Below are positions 9,326 through 16,856 of a stretch of DNA of 64,000 nt, one piece after another (the stretch's first letter is position 1; every line of letters begins with the position of its first letter). The notes under the pieces are model-generated. The model searched no databases and was not told where the DNA came from. It was given only the letters and a program-made list of their open reading frames with translations. The translations under genes were made by a program, and so were the position numbers. Source of the DNA: an uncultured delta proteobacterium (GTDB lineage: Bacteria; Myxococcota_A; Polyangia; Fen-1088); assembly GCA_963796685.1 (NCBI GenBank), contig CAWCMR010000009.1:128001-192000 (forward strand), given 5' to 3'.

Positions 9326-9577
9326 CTAGAGCACCGAACGGGTTGAATGCTGTGCAGAATCGAGAGCTTGCGAGTGCTCGGAAAATTCACCTCGCCCCGC
9401 GAAGCGGGGAGAGGTCGACGCGCGAAGCGCGTCGGGTGAGGGGTTCGGCCATGCGAGAGGGTGCGCTGGCCCCTCACCCTAACCCTCTCCCCGCTGCGCG
9501 GGGCGAGGGGATCGGAGGGGGCACGTGCGTAGCAACTTCTTGAATTCTCTGCACTTTCAACCCGTTCGGTGCTCTAG
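9326..9577. mobile_element. MITE-like element, 252 bp, with perfect 22-bp terminal inverted repeats and CTAG ends
   Basis: ctagagcaccgaacgggttgaa (9326-9347) / ttcaacccgttcggtgctctag (9556-9577); no transposase inside. Confidence 0.85.
9388..9510. repeat. REP-like palindromic repeat nested in the MITE
   Basis: cacctcgccccgcgaagcggggagagg...gggtgagggg ... cccctcaccctaaccctctccccg...ggggcgagggg; a half-unit recurs at 45518-45573. Confidence 0.8.
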
Positions 9578-9725
9578 GAGCGTGTTGCGCATAGGGCGTC
9601 TGGCGCACCTCGGTTCGCTCGGGACGCCAGACGCACGAAGAAGAGCGACACCGGCGTCGGTTTGTGATCTTTTGAGGGCGTGACGAAGTCGTATCGGCCT
9701 TACTGTCCGAAGCAAGCATTCCTAC
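9578..9725 (+). mobile_element. IS1182-like left end with the first ~16 transposase codons
   Basis: GTG at 9680 gives MTKSYRPYCPKQAFLL, typical of IS1182-family N-termini (..RPY.P.Q..LLPP); it is cut off by the next element. Confidence 0.6.
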
Positions 9726-9873
9726 TGGAGACGATCACGGCGAGTGCGCGGGAATCGATCGCGATGGCCACGATCGCAGTCACCGAAACGATCGGAGGAT
9801 TTCCGCAACTTGTGTCGATCAAACCCCGCACTTCTCCGGATCGCCTTGGCGCCGTTTCTCGCGATCGCTTCCA
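9726..9873 (+). repeat. 148-bp dispersed repeat / candidate MITE, copy 1
   Basis: Ends tggagacgatcacg ... cgcgatcgcttcca (imperfect 14-bp inverted repeat); aligns without gaps to 27035-27182 (inverted), about 73% identical by hand count. Confidence 0.8.
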
Positions 9874-9895
9874 TGTCTCTCGTACCATCCCCCTT

Positions 9896-10420
9896 GGTGT
9901 CCGGAAAGCCGTCGCTGGAATTCTGGCACGAATTCGCGGAGATACACAGCTTGAATCAGCCTGCCTGAGGGAACAAAGTGGCGAGGAAGGCTGCCGGCGA
10001 CGCTCCAATTTCTCATCACGATGATCGCGTGCGCGATCAATGAGCAGATGCAGCGCAAGCTGGACTACACGCAGGAAGAGGTCCGGGTCCTGAAGGAGAT
10101 CCTGGCGGCACTCACAGGTAGCGGGAGGATCTCCTTCACCACGGATCAGCGACGTCGCCTGACCATCGCCGGCAAGGCATTGAGCCCCGAAGAACGGAAG
10201 AAATGTTGCCAGATCGTGAAGCCTGGAACGATCTTGGGGTGGGTTCGGCAGATGGCGGCGTGGAAGTACGACAGCTCGAAAGCGAAGGTCGGTGGAAGCC
10301 TTGGGCGCATTCGGCATGGTTCGGTACATGGTGTTCTTCGTCATCGATCTCAAGAGCCGCGCCGTCGAGATCGCGGGGATTGCTGTTGACCCAGGGGAGA
10401 AGTGGATGAAGCAGGTGGCG
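9896..10420 (+). pseudogene. Integrase-core type IS remnant (left end plus internally deleted transposase)
   Basis: LPATLQFLITMIACAINEQMQRKLDY...TDQRRRL...IVKPGTILGW...KYD, then jumps to GMVRYMVFFVIDLKSRAVEIAGI..P...WMKQVA. Confidence 0.85.
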
Positions 10421-10569
10421 GGCGGCTGTTCGCTTTTTGCGCAGCTACGCGTGAAACCTTTTCCCTCTCGGGCAATCAAAAGACCGGACGTGTGCCACGT
10501 CGAGAAAGACTACTGACAACACCCGATCCCAGGCGTGCGGCTTGGGTACAGCCCTTGAAGGGAAGAACC

Positions 10570-11835
10570 ATGGCGACTTGTATCGAGCATGAAACACACC
10601 TGTTTCTCTGTTGTACCCTGGTGCTGACTTTCACGGTCGCTTGCTCGAGCGGGTCGTCCGGCCAGGGCGCGGGAGGCTCTGGTGGATTGGGTAGCGGAGG
10701 CATGGTCGTGGATGCGAATGGGACGATTGAAAGTGGCGCGGGCGGTACACCTGACGGCGGTGGCATGGTGGGCGCGGGCGGCGCGATGGACAGCGGCGTT
10801 GATGGTCCCGGCAGTTGCAATTCCACGGTCGGTGGTGGTGAAGCGCGCTTCGCATATGTGGCCGCCTCCGGCGCAAACGAGGTCTTCGCCTTCACGGTTG
10901 CGGCCGGTAATGGCGCACTGACGGCAACCGGGTCGTCGACGTTGGTGTCGGATCCGCGCCAGCTTCTCGTCGATCCTTCGAACAAGTACCTTCTCGTGGC
11001 CGGGTTCGGGACCATCTCCACCTGCAGCACGGGATGTATGCTGGTTTCCTACGCGATCAATCAGACCAGCGGCGCCCTGACGCCGGCCGGTAGCGCGGTC
11101 GCCGGGTCCAACCCCATCTCGCTGACGATCAATTCCACCAGCACTCGGGTCTACACCGCGAACACCAATTCCAACGACGTTTCCATCTTCACCCTCGATC
11201 CGGCAACGGGTGCGCTTGCTGCCGCGGGAACGGTGGCGGGAGGGCAGTTCCCGGAGTGGATCACGCTTTCCCCCGACGGGATGTTCCTCTATGTGGCGAA
11301 CGCCGGTTCGAACAACGTGTCCTCGTACGCGGTCGATGCCACGACGGGTGCCCTCACGGCGATGGGTACGGTGGCGGCGGGAATGGCCCCCACCTTCGTC
11401 ATCGTCCATCCCTCGGGCAAGTTCGCGTATACGGCGAATGCGAATGCGAACACGGTTTCCTTGTACACGCGGAATACCACCACGGGGGTCCTGACCCCGA
11501 CCGTCGACATCCCCGCGGGGCCCACCTCGCGCTCCATTGCCATCGAGCCTTCTGGTCGTTTCGCCTACGTCGCTGACCAGACCCAGATCATGGCGTTTGC
11601 AATCAACCCCGCGAGCGGCCTGATGACGTCGATAGGCGCCCCAACGCCGGTATCTGCCGGGAGCCAACCCTATAACCTCACCACCGATCCCGGAGGAACG
11701 CACCTGTACGTCGGTCTTGCGAACACGAACACGATTGAATTGTTCGCCATCGACGCCACAACCGGCGCCTTGTGTCCGGTAGGTCCCCCCTTTCCCGTGG
11801 AAAGCAACTCGCTCCACGTTGCGCTGATGCGCTAG
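10570..11835 (+). CDS. Lactonase-family (6-phosphogluconolactonase-like) beta-propeller lipoprotein
   Basis: Lipobox TVAC; repeated xxP.G.FxYxAN..SN.VS.Y.VD..TGAL blades. Confidence 0.85.
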   Translation: MATCIEHETHLFLCCTLVLTFTVACSSGSSGQGAGGSGGLGSGGMVVDANGTIESGAGGTPDGGGMVGAGGAMDSGVDGPGSCNSTVGGGEARFAYVAASGANEVFAFTVAAGNGALTATGSSTLVSDPRQLLVDPSNKYLLVAGFGTISTCSTGCMLVSYAINQTSGALTPAGSAVAGSNPISLTINSTSTRVYTANTNSNDVSIFTLDPATGALAAAGTVAGGQFPEWITLSPDGMFLYVANAGSNNVSSYAVDATTGALTAMGTVAAGMAPTFVIVHPSGKFAYTANANANTVSLYTRNTTTGVLTPTVDIPAGPTSRSIAIEPSGRFAYVADQTQIMAFAINPASGLMTSIGAPTPVSAGSQPYNLTTDPGGTHLYVGLANTNTIELFAIDATTGALCPVGPPFPVESNSLHVALMR

Positions 11836-11906
11836 TAATAGTTCGCGCGCGAATGGTGGAGCGTCTTCTCGTGGGCGAGAACCTCGCGGATCTGGACACT
11901 GCCCAG

Positions 11907-11945
11907 TGCAGCGGCTGACCGGGTCGAGTGCTATCACGCCCCCCG
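11907..11945 (+). repeat. ~38-bp direct repeat, left copy
   Basis: tgcagcggctgaccgggtcgagtgct-at-cacgccccccg; the first 26 nt are identical to 24501-24526. Confidence 0.85.
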
Positions 11946-12025
11946 TTGCCCAAGTCTTGGCCTAAGCACGCGTCCGCCTCGCCGCCGAGCAGGGACTTCA
12001 GCTAGCTTGCAGCAATCGTGCTGCA

Positions 12026-13036
12026 TCATGGTGTCAGGGCGAAACAGTAGATGCCGCCGTATCCGCCATTCGAAGCGACGCTGGAGTCCGCCTGCGTCGA
12101 AGCCGCCCCTAGGTTGACACCGGGCGCGCAGCCTCCAAGATCCGCCGCGGAGATCCAGTTCTCGACCGCGGTGTCCATCGCCCCGAGGCCGTCCGGAGGT
12201 CCGCCATTGGGATCGAAGCCGAAAGGAATGCCGCCATCCAGAGGAATGTCCCCGGCCAGCGGGCCAACGAAGCCGCCATCGATATCGGGAGGGGGAGGGA
12301 AGCCGCCGTCGAACATGAATCCGGGTGCCCCACCGGTTGTTCCGGCGTCAGAAGAATCGGACCAGCTGTACCCGGCACGAGGTCGACCGTCTGCCGCCGA
12401 CGTGCTGGTCCAATCCTGACAAGTCGAGCTGGCACCATAGAGGACACCTTGGTCGTTGCTCCCTGTGAGCGTACTCCGATTGTTGACCTGGCCCTGCGAC
12501 AAGACGGGCGCGTGGTTGGGAACGCCGTCCTCGTTGGGCAGATCGTTCTGGATTGCACCCTCCGCGCTGCTCGGGTGATCGTAAAGGAGATCGGCCTTTC
12601 GCAGAGCCACCTTGCGTCCCATGCGATCGTACCAGGGCCCTTCGCCAATTCGATCGATGGCGTTCACTTGTGCGCCCGTTTCATCGGCGACGACGCTTAG
12701 AAACGCGCGCCACTGTTTCTGACCGACTCCCGGCAGTGACGACTCGGCGATCGTGGCGCAGATCTTGTCGGCTCCCCGCAGGCCCGCCCCGGGCCCAGTT
12801 TCCCCAAACCGCAGATCGCCACCGAACCCATTATCGCCGTTCGACAGGCGGCGCATCGCCTGCAAGCTAGTGACGAAGAAACTGAACCGCGCCGTCGCAG
12901 CGTCGGCCTGACTATCCGGAGCGGCGTCGGCCGTGGTGTGCGGGGTGCCGGCAGTGCTGCCGCAGCCGGCATGACCGAGAACGCAGGCGCAAACGAAGAG
13001 CGCAAGCTGAAGACGGTAACTGTGGAGTTTTGTCAT
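12026..13036 (-). CDS. Lipoprotein with endostatin/C-type-lectin-like (DUF1554-related) domain
   Basis: Lipobox HAGC; FSFFVTS, GGDL..GL.GADKIC, WRAFLS, AIDRIG.GPWY, TCQDWTS, GGIYCFA. Confidence 0.75.
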   Translation of the reverse strand: MTKLHSYRLQLALFVCACVLGHAGCGSTAGTPHTTADAAPDSQADAATARFSFFVTSLQAMRRLSNGDNGFGGDLRFGETGPGAGLRGADKICATIAESSLPGVGQKQWRAFLSVVADETGAQVNAIDRIGEGPWYDRMGRKVALRKADLLYDHPSSAEGAIQNDLPNEDGVPNHAPVLSQGQVNNRSTLTGSNDQGVLYGASSTCQDWTSTSAADGRPRAGYSWSDSSDAGTTGGAPGFMFDGGFPPPPDIDGGFVGPLAGDIPLDGGIPFGFDPNGGPPDGLGAMDTAVENWISAADLGGCAPGVNLGAASTQADSSVASNGGYGGIYCFALTP

Positions 13037-13480
13037 GGTCTTTATCGCAGTGGTGGGCCATAGAGCGTGGCTCGCTTTTCGATGTATCCGAACGAAGTGG
13101 TGAAGGTTAGCGTCTGCAATACGGTGCCCTGGGCGTCGATCTCCAACAGGACGCCCTTTGTGGTTGCAATGACAAGACAGCCCACCCCACCCAAGCGTTA
13201 TCCTTCTTGACGAACTGACCTCGTCCTCTCTAGAAATTCATCGACACGGCGCACCTGGTCTCACGACGGCAGAAGTTGAGCATTCCGCAAAGACGTGACC
13301 GGCAGACAACCTTGATTCGCTCGCAAAAACCCATCATCGGCTGCGTAGCTTGGTCCGCGGCGGGGCGCGCGGCGTGCGCAGGTGGCATGGTGGAAAATCG
13401 TGGCCCTCACACAGTTTGGCGCATGCCTCGACTGCCTCGGGCGGCGTCGGCGGCAGGCACGCCAGGGTCTCCTGTGCACT

Positions 13481-14936
13481 CATAGGTAGGATCTTAATTC
13501 CTCAATGAAATCGATCACTTACTGAACGGATGTTCAAGGTAGTTGCAGAAGACACAGGAATCCTCCTACACATTCGTTTGCGAAGACAAACGCGAGGAGG
13601 TTCCCTGTGCCCAAGAGAGACATTGCCACAATCGAGGCGGAGACACTCAGCCAAAAGCTACAGCAGGTTCTCAGCGATGCCGAGGTGGAGAAGGTGGCTC
13701 GCCGGTGTGGCTTTCTTCGACGGCGCCGTGAAATCGCCCCGGCCGCGCTTCTTATAGCCTGCATCTCGGCATTGGGGGCAGGCACGGCTGCGTGGCTCGC
13801 GGACATCCTGCGCGCCTTCAACGCGTTCACCGGCAAGGCTGTTCGCTACAAGCCTTTCCACAACCAACTGAGCAAACGGCGATTCCCCATCTTCATGCAC
13901 GCCATTCTCGAACAGGCGCTCGCGAAGCTGACGGCACCTGTGCTTGAGAGTTTGCCCAAGGGCAAGCTGGCTCAGTTCTCGGAGATCCTGTGCCATGACG
14001 GCACCTCGTTTGCGCTCAAAGACACTCTGGCCAGAAAGTGGCCCGGCCGCTTCACGAAGGTGACCCCAGCGGCAGTGGAGCTCCACGTAACCATGAGCGT
14101 CTTGAGGGACAATCCCGTCGCCATTACGCTGGCCCCTGACAAGGAAAGCGAACGCCCATTCGCCCCCAAAGCGGCGTCTCTCAAAAATCGCCTGGTCCTC
14201 GAGGACCGTGGATTCGAGGATCGCGTTGTCTTTGCAGACACTCTCGACGCCGGAGGATTCTTCATCGTTCGCGGCAAAAAGAACAGCCGACCAATCATCC
14301 GAAGTGCTCGCGACAAGAATGGCAGGCGTATCCCTCGTCTCGAGGGCAAGCGACTCAAGTGGCGTGTACTGCCTCGTCATACGGTCGACCTAGAAATCGA
14401 GTGGAAGATCAACGCCCGCAGGACCTACTGTGGTCGTCTCGTTGCCATCTACATCGAAGGAAAACGCAACAAGAAGGGCTACACCTATCTGCACACGAAT
14501 CTGTCGAGAGCGACCTTCACCGCTCACGAAGTAGGCAGAGTCTACAGACTCAGATGGCAGATTGAGCTCCTCTTCAAGGAATGGAAGTCCTACGCAAATC
14601 TCCACAAATTCGACACGGCCAAGTCACCCATCGCCGAGGGCCTGATCTGGGCAAGCCTGCTTGCCGCGACCATCAAACGAGCGCTCACCCACGCCGCAGA
14701 ACACGCATGCGGTATTCCACTGTCCACCCAGCGCGCAGCCTGCTCTGCCAAGCATTTCCTCGACGCGATCCTGCTATCCATCCTCGAATCTGCCGCGCAG
14801 CTCCTGTCGCATATCCGTTCTGCCTTCACTTTCCTCGCGGAAAACGCACCTCGTGCGCATCCCAAACGCGATCAGGGAATGGGGCGCCTTGCGATGGGAT
14901 TACGCCATTCCGCCACCGCTTAAGTACCTACCTATG
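13481..14936 (+). mobile_element. IS4-family insertion sequence, apparently complete (1456 bp)
   Basis: 17-bp TIRs cataggtaggatcttaa / ttaagtacctacctatg (2 mismatches); 10-bp target duplication cctgtgcact at 13471-13480 and 14937-14946. Confidence 0.95.
13607..14923 (+). CDS. IS4-family DDE transposase
   Basis: DGTS, DRGF and YRLRWQIELLFKEWK (YREK) motifs. Confidence 0.95.
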   Translation: MPKRDIATIEAETLSQKLQQVLSDAEVEKVARRCGFLRRRREIAPAALLIACISALGAGTAAWLADILRAFNAFTGKAVRYKPFHNQLSKRRFPIFMHAILEQALAKLTAPVLESLPKGKLAQFSEILCHDGTSFALKDTLARKWPGRFTKVTPAAVELHVTMSVLRDNPVAITLAPDKESERPFAPKAASLKNRLVLEDRGFEDRVVFADTLDAGGFFIVRGKKNSRPIIRSARDKNGRRIPRLEGKRLKWRVLPRHTVDLEIEWKINARRTYCGRLVAIYIEGKRNKKGYTYLHTNLSRATFTAHEVGRVYRLRWQIELLFKEWKSYANLHKFDTAKSPIAEGLIWASLLAATIKRALTHAAEHACGIPLSTQRAACSAKHFLDAILLSILESAAQLLSHIRSAFTFLAENAPRAHPKRDQGMGRLAMGLRHSATA

Positions 14937-15219
14937 CCTGTGCACTATGTCCCTTGGCGCAGGTTCACTCCTTTTGATTGGCGCATGCGTCGATGGCTTC
15001 CTGGGGCGGCGCTGGCAAACCGCTGTTGTCATTGGCCGCAAGCGCTTGCTTGCCTGGAAATCCCGTCATCGCTGCCAACATCGCGCTGGCAATGAGTCCG
15101 ACGGTTTTTGTGGTCATCGCTATCTCCTTGTGGATGGGTTCGATCGCATGCCACACGGCGCTGCCAGAGCGTTAGCCGAATAACGAACCTGTGCGTCTGG
15201 CTGTCCTCTCATCACACGC

Positions 15220-15969
15220 ATGCGGCCCCTTCTGTTGCACAAGAGCCCCGCCGGGCCGCTGGTCAAGAACCAGTGGGTGATTCTGGTGCTCGCCGAAAAT
15301 CTCGATCTTGGCCGCCGTCTTGCGGAGGCACTCGCCCATTCCGACTTCCGTTTCCTGGTCGCGCGTCTCAACGAAATGGCCAGGTTCGCGGGTGGATCGG
15401 TGACCTTCGACTTGGTCCTGCTGCACGTCGGCCGCGAACACGCCGACGGCGACCTGCTGCGAGCGATTGTGCGCAAGGGCGAGAGTTGCGTCGTGGTACT
15501 CTCGCGCACGGCGACCGGCGTGGAAAGGGCCACGTGGCTTGAGCACGGGGCCGACGATTGTTTGAGCTACCCTTGGGACCGCGAGGAGCTATGGGCCCGA
15601 CTTCGCTCTTCCATCCGACGCCGCTCGCGTGGCGGCAAGGATTCGCAAACGCTGCGTGTCGGATCGTTGGTTCTGTCGCCACGAGCGAGAACGGCTGCGA
15701 TAGGAGGCCGCCCCTTGTCATTAACCACGTGTGAGTTCTCCTTGCTTGTGGCCCTGGCTGAGCGGGCGGGTCAGGTTCTTGGCCGCGAACAACTCATGGA
15801 GATTGCCAAAGGGTCCGCGGATCTTGCCTTCGAGCGTTCCATTGACGTTCAGGTCTCGCGCTTACGCGCCAAGTTACAGGACGATTCTCGCCGGCCTCAG
15901 ATCCTAAAGACCGTGCGCGGGGTTGGCTACATGCTGGTCCCCGACAACGTGACTCCGTCGGAACAGTGA
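15220..15969 (+). CDS. Atypical OmpR/PhoB-family response regulator (degenerate receiver, intact winged helix)
   Basis: LTTCEFSLL, VLGREQL, ERSIDVQVSRLRAKL, KTVRGVGY. The receiver has DLVLLH in place of DLVLLD and SYPW in place of xKPF. Confidence 0.88.
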   Translation: MRPLLLHKSPAGPLVKNQWVILVLAENLDLGRRLAEALAHSDFRFLVARLNEMARFAGGSVTFDLVLLHVGREHADGDLLRAIVRKGESCVVVLSRTATGVERATWLEHGADDCLSYPWDREELWARLRSSIRRRSRGGKDSQTLRVGSLVLSPRARTAAIGGRPLSLTTCEFSLLVALAERAGQVLGREQLMEIAKGSADLAFERSIDVQVSRLRAKLQDDSRRPQILKTVRGVGYMLVPDNVTPSEQ

Positions 15970-16083
15970 CACCAAGTCGTCGGCGACCGGTGGCCTTGTT
16001 TCAGAATGTTTCAGCGGCGAAAGTTCGCGTGATCAAGTGACGAAGACCGAACTGACCACTTCACTTCACCCAAGGAGGCCTCT

Positions 16084-16677
16084 ATGTCAGTTTCGAGTAT
16101 CGGCAGTTCGGCGAGTTCGATCGATTTTTCAGAACTGCGCAAGAAGATGGCGGATCGTATGGCCGAGAAGATGCTCAAGGATCTCGACAGCGATGGTGAT
16201 GGTGCAATTTCAAAGAGCGAGCTCGCCAAGGCGAGCCAGGCCGCCGCGAGCAGCTCTTCGTCCACCACCGCGACGGACAGCGCTGACAGTTCGTCGTTGG
16301 ACGAGCTCTTCAAGGCCATGGATACCGATGGCGATGGTTCGGTTTCCAAATCCGAGCTGTCCGCGTTCATGGAAAAGGCCGGCCCGCCCCAAGGCCCACC
16401 GCCCGCAGGTGGCCCGCCTCCTGGCTCACCGCCGGACATGGGTAGCACCGACAACACGACATCCTCGAGTGCGACTTCCTCCAGCGGCACGAGCAACACA
16501 TCCTCGACCAGTTCGAGCTCGCTTTCAACCGATCCAGCCGACACCAATGCCGACGGCACAGTGTCGGCCGAAGAGCGCATGGCGTTCGCCTATCAACAAT
16601 TGATGGCCGCCATGCAGAGACTCGGAGAGGCCACAGGCAAGAGCGAGAGTGCGAGCACCATTAGCGTGACGTCGTAG
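16084..16677 (+). CDS. Ser-rich EF-hand protein (3 loops)
   Basis: DSDGDGAISKSE, DTDGDGSVSKSE, DTNADGTVSAEE; AGGAGG RBS upstream. Confidence 0.88.
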   Translation: MSVSSIGSSASSIDFSELRKKMADRMAEKMLKDLDSDGDGAISKSELAKASQAAASSSSSTTATDSADSSSLDELFKAMDTDGDGSVSKSELSAFMEKAGPPQGPPPAGGPPPGSPPDMGSTDNTTSSSATSSSGTSNTSSTSSSSLSTDPADTNADGTVSAEERMAFAYQQLMAAMQRLGEATGKSESASTISVTS

Positions 16678-16721
16678 CTGCCTGACGATGGGGGAAGGCA
16701 GGGATGGAACGAAGGTGATGG

Positions 16722-16789
16722 CCAAGGCGAGGGCTGCGCCATCACCAAGGCATCGGCGTCCATGATGGCCTCGGTGGTGAATGGAAAGT
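16722..16789 (+). pseudogene. sufU: 68-bp sufU scrap (second copy)
   Basis: Reads QGEGCAITKASASMMASVVNGK; 62/68 nt identical to 383-450. Confidence 0.85.
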
Positions 16790-16856
16790 ATGTTTCTGTG
16801 GCCGGCCAGATGCTGCCCGCCGCTCTTTCCTGTGCACCGTGGCTCGCAGGTTTTTG

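Larger units (their letters stand above)
13300..15117 (-). pseudogene. Secreted Cys-repeat (PPxEAxxAC) protein, interrupted by IS4 and internally deleted
   Basis: Signal peptide + PPQEAIDACANQKE* on the right of the IS; TCAKGHSAQ|ETLACLPPTPPEAVEACAKLCEG rejoins in frame across the target duplication. The 3' limit is approximate. Confidence 0.75.

Noticed and set aside
13113-13132. sigma54 promoter upstream of the endostatin-like gene
   Set aside because: GGCAC and TTGC are one nucleotide too close (N4 rather than N5), and sigma54 spacing is strict.
16084-16677. Lanmodulin-type lanthanide-binding protein
   Set aside because: The loops lack the Pro at position 2 typical of lanmodulin and there is no Sec signal; they look like ordinary Ca2+ EF-hands.
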